Virus record (IMG/VR): IMGVR_UViG_3300033067_000240
Span: 1-32,136 of that record
Reading direction: 5' to 3' (one strand)
Origin: a virus
Lineage: Duplodnaviria > Caudoviricetes
Length of the DNA stretch: 32,136 nucleotides
Below, one piece after another: positions 9,133-17,718 of the stretch. Position numbers and translations under genes: made by a program. The first letter of the stretch is position 1. Every line of letters starts with the position of its first letter. The notes beneath the pieces were generated by a model. That model saw only the letters and a program-made list of their open reading frames with translations. It did not search any database and was not told where the DNA came from.

Positions 9133-10137
9133 GTCTAAGGTAAGGCAGTGTATGCCTGCTTCCCAGAACAGTCCGTGACGCTGTGGAACTACATGGCAGT
9201 TAATACCATGCTTTTCCATAACCTTAAAGATTCTAGGTTGATGGTTAGAGAATATAACATTCTTGCTATCTACTACTAGAACATTGCTGTCAAAGAAAAC
9301 TTCCTGAGCATATCCTTTCCATTGTGTTAGCCACTTGTCTAACCATGCATCACTATACTTGCCATCTGTACTAGAAAAGTCAGTAATAAACTTTTCATCA
9401 TCAAACTGATCAAAGTGATCTTCTAGTTCTACAAGCTGTTTGTTACGCAACGGCTCCGGAACCCATTCTTTGTTTACGCAAAAGATTAGCTCGTCGCTAA
9501 CCATGAACCATCCGTGGTCAATATGACCAAACCCTTGTTGATGTGTAGCACCTACATCAACAATAGTATCAGCAGGCAAATTACGCTTCATCCATTCTAG
9601 CCCTGCAATGTTGCCTGGGCCTTGTGTATTAGTAATCAACTTGTCTCCGCACTTGAACATTGTAGCTGTGTGCCACAACACTTGGTCTTTTAATTGTTGA
9701 TGGTATACTTCGTATCCGTTAGCCCACCATTTATCAACTAGTGTGTCTAGTCTAGGTGCCGGCATGCTAAGCCAGTTATGGCCACGGTCAAACAAGTCTT
9801 TAAAGATATGATTATAGTTTGTACTGTCCAAGTATCTATCAGGCATACTAGTGTATGTTTGGTATACTGTTTCTCCGTAGACTAAGTATTGATCTCTTGG
9901 CACTATAGGAGCAGTAGGATTCTCAATTTTAAAGTAACCGAGGTCAAGTTCTTTTGCAGGATTTGCAACAGTGGGTCTATGTACCTTAACACCCATGTTA
10001 GTTAAGTAGTCAGCAAGATTGTTTAGATCTTCTTTAGTTTCTCCAAAGATTGTTGCTAGTTTATTACTGTATGCACCTTTAGGGCAGTCTCCTACGATAA
10101 CTTCTTTAAGAGGATCCCAGTTTGTCCAAATGCTCAT
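9094..10137 (-). CDS. Amidinotransferase (glycine or inosamine-phosphate amidinotransferase, pentein family)
   Basis: WDPLKEVIVG, VPRD, GHIDH, SNVLV, and C-terminal AGIHCLTLDLVR with the catalytic Cys. Confidence 0.9.
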   Translation of the reverse strand: MSIWTNWDPLKEVIVGDCPKGAYSNKLATIFGETKEDLNNLADYLTNMGVKVHRPTVANPAKELDLGYFKIENPTAPIVPRDQYLVYGETVYQTYTSMPDRYLDSTNYNHIFKDLFDRGHNWLSMPAPRLDTLVDKWWANGYEVYHQQLKDQVLWHTATMFKCGDKLITNTQGPGNIAGLEWMKRNLPADTIVDVGATHQQGFGHIDHGWFMVSDELIFCVNKEWVPEPLRNKQLVELEDHFDQFDDEKFITDFSSTDGKYSDAWLDKWLTQWKGYAQEVFFDSNVLVVDSKNVIFSNHQPRIFKVMEKHGINCHVVPQRHGLFWEAGIHCLTLDLVRDGSCRSIIN

Positions 10138-10553
10138 GATGTCAATATCTCTTCTAAATAATCACTTGCCCAGTGATTGTAGTATGTTGTCTTTTGTAAC
10201 TTGTCTCTTGCTTTCATTAAGTTATCGCGCCACTGACACAGGATAAGATTGTACTCGCCGTTGTTAGTTTGTACACCATTAATCTCTGTGTAACGATCTC
10301 TTGGATCTGGAAGGAATACTAAGTCAGGGTAAATTTTATTATACTCACTAGCAATAGAATTCACTTCTTCAATAGTATAGTTATCAGGAAGTTGATACAG
10401 GATCAACTCAAAGTCCCATGGTGGGGGACTGATGTCGCTGCCGTCTGTTTTGAGTACAGAATACTCTGCACCTTTTGCAAACGGGCATACGCTGAATCCA
10501 CCCAACAAGTCCGTCGGCTTACTAATACGCTCTACCCAATCCTTAATAGCCAT
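10134..10553 (-). CDS. Hypothetical protein with CPFA motif (DUF1415-like)
   Basis: WVERI...VCPFAK N-terminus; translationally coupled to both neighbours. Confidence 0.55.
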   Translation of the reverse strand: MAIKDWVERISKPTDLLGGFSVCPFAKGAEYSVLKTDGSDISPPPWDFELILYQLPDNYTIEEVNSIASEYNKIYPDLVFLPDPRDRYTEINGVQTNNGEYNLILCQWRDNLMKARDKLQKTTYYNHWASDYLEEILTS

Positions 10554-11154
10554 TTAACACCGTTATACTTGAAATAAAATTACGACCATTAATGCTTTGT
10601 AACACTAGGTCAACTGTCTTAACAATATCTTCCACTGTTATGATACTGTTAGTCTCCATAATCTTGTTATAGAGCTCCATACCGTTTTGTTCTTCTGTGT
10701 CATAGGGATTATAAAACTGTGTGGCAACTACCCCCGGCATCAACACAATGCTTTTGCACTTGCTACCGCTGTGATTAATCTCCCAGCTCTTCTTGTTAAT
10801 CGCATACTTCTCTTCACCGTAAGGTGTTAGCCACGGGAAGTTTGTAGGAATATCAGCTAAGGGCTCAGCCGCCATTGAACTAGTGCTAACTATAAAATGC
10901 TTATCATGCCAATGCTGTTGTTGCCACAGGTGTGCAAGCTCTACTTGTGCATATCCGCTATAAGCATTGTTGATAAACAAGTCACAGTCTTTAGTTAGTT
11001 CAATAATCTGTTCTTGGTTTTCTTTAGTCCCAATATCAAAACCGTTGTCTAAACTAAAACCTTTAACACGGCATCCTAAAGATTCGAAGTGCTTGTATAG
11101 CCCTTGACCAATACCGCTAGTATGTCCTGTGATTGCTACAGACTTAAACATCAT
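10543..11154 (-). CDS. Short-chain dehydrogenase/reductase
   Basis: AITGHTSGIG, DLFINNA, STSS, YGEEK (YxxxK), MPGVVAT. Confidence 0.88.
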   Translation of the reverse strand: MMFKSVAITGHTSGIGQGLYKHFESLGCRVKGFSLDNGFDIGTKENQEQIIELTKDCDLFINNAYSGYAQVELAHLWQQQHWHDKHFIVSTSSMAAEPLADIPTNFPWLTPYGEEKYAINKKSWEINHSGSKCKSIVLMPGVVATQFYNPYDTEEQNGMELYNKIMETNSIITVEDIVKTVDLVLQSINGRNFISSITVLNGY

Positions 11155-11677
11155 ACGCTACCTCTTTGAGCAACTCTAACAATACAACAACTCGTGGTTG
11201 AGAAGTATTGTTCCATATTGAATGTGGTACTTCTACATTTAACAAAAAGCATTCGCCTTCAACCCATGTACCTTTATAAGATCCCTCTAAGAAACCTATA
11301 TCGCCTTCTGGAACAATTAGCGGCACATGACATATTACATAATTCTCATGTCCTTCTTCTGTATCAGTATGCATGGGAACTGCCCCGCCTGCATCTAATA
11401 TGCTATAACCAGCACCGCGACAAATGTCTCCAAAGCTGTTAACTAGTTCAGCAAGAACAGGATACTTAGAAATGTTACCGTCTTCCCACTCTCCCATAAT
11501 CTTAACTACTAACATTTTCCACTTGCCATGCGGATCTAAACTATCGCCAATGTATTGACTGTATAAAGGTATGTCAGATGTGTCAAGACCGTGTACAGAT
11601 AAAAACTCTTCTTTAAGAGCAGGTATTAGTTTATTAATTTTGTCTGCAAAAACAAACTTGTTTATATCATAGTCCAT
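11144..11677 (-). CDS. Aspartyl/asparaginyl beta-hydroxylase-like Fe(II)/2OG oxygenase
   Basis: YSILDAGGAVPMHTD, CHVPLIVP, WVEGECF, PHSIWN...PRVVLL. Confidence 0.85.
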   Translation of the reverse strand: MDYDINKFVFADKINKLIPALKEEFLSVHGLDTSDIPLYSQYIGDSLDPHGKWKMLVVKIMGEWEDGNISKYPVLAELVNSFGDICRGAGYSILDAGGAVPMHTDTEEGHENYVICHVPLIVPEGDIGFLEGSYKGTWVEGECFLLNVEVPHSIWNNTSQPRVVVLLELLKEVAYDV

Positions 11678-12989
11678 TCCAGTCTCCGTTCATGTGCCAT
11701 GTTGGTCGCTCAGTAGGCTCTACGCTGCCTAGCATAATGATGGCAGCGTCTGGTACATGCTCCGCTAGCTTTTGTTTAATCAAACGCTCACTGTAAATTC
11801 TATGCTTTAGTGGATAGAATGGTGCTACTGGATCATAGTTAAAGATATGGCTCAAGTGTACGATAGTTTTAGGCACAGGATCTACCCATGTGCTTACATC
11901 TAGTGATTTGTTTAACACTAGGTCTTCGTGACGGAACTCAAACTTAACAGTTTCTTTAATCAATGTCCACTCTGGAATGTCTGGATCAAACAGTCGTCCA
12001 CCATCAGCTAGCCACTGTGAGCCATCTTTGCCTAAGAATGATGCTCGCTCGTTGATGTAGTTGCGGACAAATGTAGAATAGTTTGTGCCATCCCAGTTGT
12101 CTGTAATTTCTTTCATACACTCTAGCGCAAACAAATTGTAGTCAACGAATCGTACTACTGTGTTTGAATCGTAGCCGTATGTAATTAGATACTCTATCCA
12201 GTTTAATCCACTAGCTTGTGTAACTAGTTGTCTAATAGGACCATCGAATTCTACCTTAACTACATCTTCTGTGTTGTGTGGATAGAACATAGTCTGCGCC
12301 GCAACTTGATTCTTACCGTACAAGTAAGTGCTAGCCTTTAAGAACGCAGGTTCATAGTTAGGATAGTAGTTAAGTTTGTTGTTACGGAATGATTCCGGGA
12401 ATACAATGACTGGATGGTTGCCTTCAAATGCTCTTGCTAGAATATTCCAGCCGTGCCATTTGTGTTTGTACTGTCTAGTAGTATGACCTTTCATAACCCA
12501 TGTGGGCGTGTAATCGTCGTGTACATTTTGTTCACTACGCAATGGCTCTAACTGTTCATGTGCAGAGTAATATGCAGGTTCACCTACTGTGGGCTGTCCT
12601 AGTTGATTGTATATTGTAAGGTTAATTAAGTAGCATTGGTCATGCAACTCGTAGTACCCATCATCTCTATCTGGAATGTGTCCCATTAGAAAGTAGTATT
12701 CTGTATAAACAAAATTTTCTACTTCATTGAAGAACTCATCTCCATTGATAAACTCTGTGCCAGTGCTTAGTACCACAGCGTGTTTGTATTGTTTTGCAGC
12801 CAACTTAAGGCAAGCGTCTTCGTCAATGCCCTGTATGACATTGAACCCACTGTCGTTAATCTTTGTAATCACAAAGTCAGACAGGTTTTTCATTAGTTCG
12901 GCAGACCATGTGTTTTGGCATTGGCTAATGCGATCCAAAACTATAAAGACGATATCGTCACTGCCTGCAGGTGTATTAAATTTTACCAT
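11667..12989 (-). CDS. Hypothetical 440-aa protein, possibly a two-domain transferase
   Basis: Long ORF coupled to neighbours; no confidently recognised motif. Confidence 0.7.
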   Translation of the reverse strand: MVKFNTPAGSDDIVFIVLDRISQCQNTWSAELMKNLSDFVITKINDSGFNVIQGIDEDACLKLAAKQYKHAVVLSTGTEFINGDEFFNEVENFVYTEYYFLMGHIPDRDDGYYELHDQCYLINLTIYNQLGQPTVGEPAYYSAHEQLEPLRSEQNVHDDYTPTWVMKGHTTRQYKHKWHGWNILARAFEGNHPVIVFPESFRNNKLNYYPNYEPAFLKASTYLYGKNQVAAQTMFYPHNTEDVVKVEFDGPIRQLVTQASGLNWIEYLITYGYDSNTVVRFVDYNLFALECMKEITDNWDGTNYSTFVRNYINERASFLGKDGSQWLADGGRLFDPDIPEWTLIKETVKFEFRHEDLVLNKSLDVSTWVDPVPKTIVHLSHIFNYDPVAPFYPLKHRIYSERLIKQKLAEHVPDAAIIMLGSVEPTERPTWHMNGDWNGL

Positions 12990-13629
12990 ATTGCTCAGTA
13001 TAGCATCTTACTAACATATCACAAAACTCTTTGGTTCTATTACCTAGCACAACATTGGCAATCATATGTACACGATCCTTGCTACTGTGATTAAACACCG
13101 CATGGTTCTTGCTGATATTGATTAGGAATACTTTACCTTCTTGCCAAGGTACTGCTCCGTGTCCTTCTAGTTCCATAGTACAGTTAGCAGGGTGTCTAAT
13201 AGCTAGGTTAATTGGCAATATACTTTGGAGAGGATCGATTCCTTCAGGGATGGTTCCGTCATTGTGCCATGCAATGCTTCCGCCTGCTGACACTTTCATA
13301 AAGCGTATGCGAGTATATCGTTCCGCAGGAAATTGATACTTCCAGAAGTCTGTAATAGCAGGTGTTCGATATGCTAGGTCAGTGTAGGTATACGGTGCAG
13401 AATACTCGTCATGTCCATAGTTATCAGCAGTATATGTTTTATCTACTCCTAGTCCATGTAGGCAACAGCTAGACCAACCTTGACTTTCACTATCTCTGTA
13501 CTCTTGATAGAAAGGTTCTGCTTCTAATGCTTGTTGTTTCCATAGGTCTACATTAAAAGGAAGGTCTAATTCCAACCAAGGAATGTCTGTGTTCCTTAAA
13601 ATTTGTCTAGCGAGGTCTATATTATTCAT
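12976..13629 (-). CDS. Aspartyl/asparaginyl beta-hydroxylase-like Fe(II)/2OG oxygenase
   Basis: RIRFMKVSAGGSIAWHND, PINLAI, WQEGKVFLINISKNHAVFN...DRVHMI. Confidence 0.82.
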   Translation of the reverse strand: MNNIDLARQILRNTDIPWLELDLPFNVDLWKQQALEAEPFYQEYRDSESQGWSSCCLHGLGVDKTYTADNYGHDEYSAPYTYTDLAYRTPAITDFWKYQFPAERYTRIRFMKVSAGGSIAWHNDGTIPEGIDPLQSILPINLAIRHPANCTMELEGHGAVPWQEGKVFLINISKNHAVFNHSSKDRVHMIANVVLGNRTKEFCDMLVRCYTEQYGKI

Positions 13630-14660
13630 TGTGTAGTGTCGTAATGTGCAAGTCTAGCAGTTGAATCAGCACAGATAGCAGAGCAAACTAGCAGTCTACC
13701 TTCTCCGTACTTCTTAGTCCAACTGGCTTCTAATTCTTTGTAGTAGTCTGAAGCTAATACCTGTTCCCATGTGTGGTCAAACAAACTCAGTTGATGATTA
13801 TACTTGGTCCAATGCCGATAAAATCCATCGTATTCATCAGAGGGATCTAGTGTGTATACAGCGGCACCAAGATAACAACAAGGAAACAGTCTACCTTCCA
13901 CATCAATATATAGCTCGCCTCTGTGTTTACTTTCACAACAGATAGTAGCAGTCTCAGTTGTAGCTCTAAAGGATTCGTATGTTGTGTTCTTTGGGTCAAA
14001 GTTAATAACTACTTCGCTTTGATAGTTGGCAACAGTAGGTGGTGCTAGTCTAATGCCATTAGCACCGTATCTTATTTTACCATCTGCATCGTCGAGAACA
14101 AATCGGTTGTTGTCTACAGTAAAGAAGTTGACAAAGCCTAGCTGACTAGCCAACTCTCGACATGCTTCTGTTTGATGTTGATTGTGTAGGAATGGAATAA
14201 ACTGCCAATGCGCTCGTCCGCCTGCTTGAATAAATGCTTGAACATTACTCATTAGCTTGGTCCAGTTTACATTGACACGGTATATATGGTTTAGATCTTC
14301 AAGTCCGTCAATGCCGAACACTACATAATCATCGGGTCCTAGTAGTGCGCCCAGCTTGCCCCACCATTCTGCATTTTTCATTCCACCGTTAGTGCTGATA
14401 GAAATAGCATTAGCAGTCTTACTTTTAACTCGTTCAACTACTTCCAAGAAGTTAGGTGCGGCACAAGGATCTCCTAGTGTTCCGCAGAAGTTAAAGGTAG
14501 CTGACTTGTAGACACTATCAGGTATTAGATCGTAAAAGTCCGTGGGTAATGACTTCTGTTGGAAGAAACTATAGTCGCCGTACTTAGATTCACGCAGGCA
14601 TTGTGGGCAGGCTGCGTTGCAGATAGTGCTAGTTTCTATTTGTACATTATTTACAAGCAT
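13626..14660 (-). CDS. Radical SAM protein with C-terminal SPASM/twitch domain; start corrected from 14732
   Basis: CNAACPQC, FCGTLGDP, STNGG, FGIDGLED, GRLFPCC, CSAIC. ATG 14660 (MLVNNVQIETS) aligns with the start of paralog 23149..24240. Confidence 0.9.
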   Translation of the reverse strand: MLVNNVQIETSTICNAACPQCLRESKYGDYSFFQQKSLPTDFYDLIPDSVYKSATFNFCGTLGDPCAAPNFLEVVERVKSKTANAISISTNGGMKNAEWWGKLGALLGPDDYVVFGIDGLEDLNHIYRVNVNWTKLMSNVQAFIQAGGRAHWQFIPFLHNQHQTEACRELASQLGFVNFFTVDNNRFVLDDADGKIRYGANGIRLAPPTVANYQSEVVINFDPKNTTYESFRATTETATICCESKHRGELYIDVEGRLFPCCYLGAAVYTLDPSDEYDGFYRHWTKYNHQLSLFDHTWEQVLASDYYKELEASWTKKYGEGRLLVCSAICADSTARLAHYDTTQ

Positions 14661-15213
14661 AGTCTTTGAAGATCGCCACGGCTTCTTCCCAAGTAAGACC
14701 TGCTTCAGGAGCAGATTTACGACTAATGTCACAGCTAATACACCAACGAGGTTCCTTAGTGTGGTTAGTTATGTTATGCGGCACACCTGTTTGTACTAGA
14801 CTTGGCCAACGCACAGGTTGTGAGTGTGCGTGTGTAACTTGTTCCGGTTGATATAGTGTGTAAGGAGTGTCAGCTTGTGTAGCAACTTGCTCTGTAATTT
14901 CTTCTGTTGGATTTAGACTATACCAATGCATTATGCTTCCGACGCCTTGCACAATAAAGTTCATGCAAGCACGATCAGTAACACCAAAGCCGTCAATGTG
15001 TATACCGCATTGCTGTCCGTTGGGTGTATAAAATATTAACGGCGGGTAGGTCATAACTAAGTCTATGCTGTCTAACCACTTGGCAAACTCTTGATTAATA
15101 TTATCGTGACCGGCAAACCATATTTCAGGGTCTGTTCCCGTTTGATTAAGAATGCTTGCATCTTGTAAAGGATGTGCTACAGGAATAGTTAAATCTAAAC
15201 AGTACTTGTTCAT
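14647..15213 (-). CDS. Fe(II)/2OG oxygenase-like (cupin) protein
   Basis: GIHIDG...VPHNITN...PRWCISC; similar layout to 7316..7951. Confidence 0.7.
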   Translation of the reverse strand: MNKYCLDLTIPVAHPLQDASILNQTGTDPEIWFAGHDNINQEFAKWLDSIDLVMTYPPLIFYTPNGQQCGIHIDGFGVTDRACMNFIVQGVGSIMHWYSLNPTEEITEQVATQADTPYTLYQPEQVTHAHSQPVRWPSLVQTGVPHNITNHTKEPRWCISCDISRKSAPEAGLTWEEAVAIFKDYACK

Positions 15214-15743
15214 TTTGCAAACCCAATAAAGTTAAACAAGAACTTAGCTTCTAGGCCCATGTTCATACCGCCGTGCCATTGTTGCCAATCGCCCCATTGA
15301 TATACATTGCCCTGTGCTTCGTTAGCAAACACATGATCTTCTAATACGAATACTTGACCAAATTTAGATTGACTAATATGACAAGTAAAGCGTAGAGGTT
15401 GACCTTGTGCTAATAATTGTTCTTCGTCGTCTGTAATATCGTAATGCCACGGCACACAATAGCCCGGAGGCACACTAGTAATCCAACCGCCAACTGGTTC
15501 AGCATTAACAAACTCAGCAAACTTAGCAATAACTTCTTCAGGTACTTCGTAGTCTACCCAACCTACAGCCTTGTTGCCTTCGTATCCGGCAGCTTGCCAA
15601 GTCTTTCTAAGTTCTGCTACTTTAGGATTCTCATGGATGTCGTCTTCTTGATTGCTTCCTCTGAATCGTCCTTCTTCGGTACGCAGTCTTGATACTAGTT
15701 CTTCCCAGTTAATAACACTGGAACTATTGCCTATAAATTTCAT
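15210..15743 (-). CDS. Fe(II)/2OG oxygenase-like protein
   Basis: VPPGYCVPWHYD...QWHGGMN...KFLFNF. Confidence 0.7.
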   Translation of the reverse strand: MKFIGNSSSVINWEELVSRLRTEEGRFRGSNQEDDIHENPKVAELRKTWQAAGYEGNKAVGWVDYEVPEEVIAKFAEFVNAEPVGGWITSVPPGYCVPWHYDITDDEEQLLAQGQPLRFTCHISQSKFGQVFVLEDHVFANEAQGNVYQWGDWQQWHGGMNMGLEAKFLFNFIGFAK

Positions 15744-16288
15744 TTGGTTGCTCCTAAGAAGTTAAACAAGTACTTAGGCTCAAAGCTACAGTTGCCGCCA
15801 GCATGCCATGCACGATGATTAGGCCATTGGTAAACATTACCAGTAGGTTGATTATGAAATACATCTTCTTCAACAATTAAAACTTGTCCTAATACCGGCT
15901 TGCTAGGATGTGCTGTGAAGCGTACTAGCTTTCCTTGCTTTAGGTAGTCTTCTTCATAGTCATCAATGTCCCAGTGGTATGGTGCATAGCGGCCTGGCTT
16001 AATTTTACTAACCCATGCTCGTAAACAAGTAGTGCCAGTAAACTCTTCAAACTGTTTAATAACTTGTTCGCTGAAATGTTGGCCTGGATAATAGTTAATC
16101 CACTCTACTGTTCCTGCCTTATCATAACCTGCTTGTTGCCACAAGGTAATAATCTCATCAAATCGGCCGTCTTTGTTTTGATAGAAGTCAACGCCGTATG
16201 ATCTAACATCGCCTTCTTTATCTTTAATCTCTTCTAATAATACGGCCCAGTCAATACTTTGACAGTTGCCTACTAATTTACATTTCAT
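15740..16288 (-). CDS. Fe(II)/2OG oxygenase-like protein, tandem paralog of 15210..15743
   Basis: IKPGRYAPYHWD...AWHAGGN...KYLFNF; shares WQ.AGY, RFT.H and GNVYQW with its neighbour. Confidence 0.7.
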   Translation of the reverse strand: MKCKLVGNCQSIDWAVLLEEIKDKEGDVRSYGVDFYQNKDGRFDEIITLWQQAGYDKAGTVEWINYYPGQHFSEQVIKQFEEFTGTTCLRAWVSKIKPGRYAPYHWDIDDYEEDYLKQGKLVRFTAHPSKPVLGQVLIVEEDVFHNQPTGNVYQWPNHRAWHAGGNCSFEPKYLFNFLGATK

Positions 16289-16950
16289 TTTACTATCCTA
16301 AAGTACTCTGGCACAAGTGATTCTAATTCTGTTAAATGGTCTTGTTCAACATCAAAGCTAACTTCAGATCCAGTAAACTTAAAATTATTGATATAGCCAT
16401 CTCGATTAGCATCATTGAGCCACGGGCTTATATGATTGTCAAACAAATAACGATAGTCATATTTGTCTGTAGCTTGTTCTATTCTTACATGCACAGGCTT
16501 CGCAAGCTCATTGTCCCATAGCAGTTGTCTAACTACTAACTGCACCCGAGGTATTTGACCAAAGTTGGCGGCGCTATGTAGTCGGCCTGCCAGCATATCG
16601 TACCATGTACGGTCTTGTTCTAGCTTAAACATCTGTTCGTTAGTTAAATCGAGTAAGTACGACTTGTTGCCAGTCAAACTCAAGTGCCAGCGGTCATCTA
16701 TATCAGCATGGCTATAATAGCATTGCCCTGACTCTAGAGTAATAAGACGAGCTTCGCCTTTGTCAAATGGCAGAGAGTCTAGTATCTTTTCCCAAACAGT
16801 ACCTTTAAACTCGGGTGCAATTTCCCAAGGATCATAAAAGAAGTTGCCGGTTGGCTTGTTAATTGTCTGTTTGAATCCGCCGTTAGGTATGCTTGCTACT
16901 GCTTCTTCAAATAGTTCGTTTGGTACGATATGTCCTGTGCTATATAACAT
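16285..16950 (-). CDS. Asp/Asn hydroxylase-like Fe(II)/2OG oxygenase with extra C-terminal domain
   Basis: ARLITLESGQCYYSHADIDDRWHL...LHSAANFG..PRVQLVV, followed by roughly 75 additional residues. Confidence 0.7.
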   Translation of the reverse strand: MLYSTGHIVPNELFEEAVASIPNGGFKQTINKPTGNFFYDPWEIAPEFKGTVWEKILDSLPFDKGEARLITLESGQCYYSHADIDDRWHLSLTGNKSYLLDLTNEQMFKLEQDRTWYDMLAGRLHSAANFGQIPRVQLVVRQLLWDNELAKPVHVRIEQATDKYDYRYLFDNHISPWLNDANRDGYINNFKFTGSEVSFDVEQDHLTELESLVPEYFRIVK

Positions 16951-16992
16951 GAAATATTTATGTGCTACTTTAACTAGGGTAAATATTTCATG
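16948..16992. promoter_or_regulatory. Palindromic bidirectional promoter/start cassette, copy 1
   Basis: CATGAAATATTTA-tgtgctactttaactaggg-TAAATATTTCATG; 13-bp inverted repeat containing both start codons. Confidence 0.7.
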
Positions 16993-17718
16993 AATCTACA
17001 CTTTAACTCAGAATGGACAGACATTGCTATCAGCGTGTCTGGGGGCGCTGACTCAGCCCTATTAGCCTATATGGTCTGCGAAGCTGCCTACGAACAAGGC
17101 GCAACTATACACATCATCAATCATGTACGCTGTTGGAAGACCAAACCTTGGCAACAAGATGATGCAGATGCTGTTTACCAATGGCTATTCCAAAGATTCT
17201 ACCACACCAAGTTCAAACGACACACTAACTTCATTGCACCTGAGCTAGAGTACGGCAATGTGGGGCCTAATCTCACCGACGAATATGGTAAGAAGGTGTC
17301 GGGTGATAACATACAACAACGAGCCTACGCAGAATACATCTGCAACAAGTACAACATTGATGCTTACTACAATGGAGTCACACGCAATCCACACCTAGCA
17401 TTTGCTAATGGTATGCTAGAGCGTGACATTGAACCTACAGAAGCCAACCGGCATCTTGAAGTTATGCAACACATGGGTCGTTGGGCCATACATCCGTTCC
17501 GCTTTATAGACAAGTCTGAAATAGTTAAGAAGTATCTTGAGCTGGGCATCATGGACCTGTTCAATCGCACACGCAGTTGTGAAGGTACAGTTGCAGGCCT
17601 AGACTATACATCATACAAAAAGGGACAATATGTCCCGGTCTGTGGTACTTGCTTCTGGTGCAAGGAGCGTGAGTGGGCTCTTAACCTAAATGTGCCAACT
17701 CTGGAAACACCTGCTTGA
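16990..17718 (+). CDS. QueC-like PP-loop ATPase (7-cyano-7-deazaguanine synthase-like)
   Basis: ISVSGGADSALL PP-loop; HPFRFIDKSEIV...TRSCE...CGTCFWCKER Zn-site pattern as in QueC. Confidence 0.65.
   Translation: MNLHFNSEWTDIAISVSGGADSALLAYMVCEAAYEQGATIHIINHVRCWKTKPWQQDDADAVYQWLFQRFYHTKFKRHTNFIAPELEYGNVGPNLTDEYGKKVSGDNIQQRAYAEYICNKYNIDAYYNGVTRNPHLAFANGMLERDIEPTEANRHLEVMQHMGRWAIHPFRFIDKSEIVKKYLELGIMDLFNRTRSCEGTVAGLDYTSYKKGQYVPVCGTCFWCKEREWALNLNVPTLETPA

Noticed and set aside
9094-17718. Archaeosine (dG+) DNA-modification pathway from the QueC-like protein plus the amidinotransferase
   Set aside because: Known G+ synthases are ArcS, QueF-like or GAT-QueC, not pentein amidinotransferases, and no DpdA, FolE or QueD is seen here; unsupported as a call.
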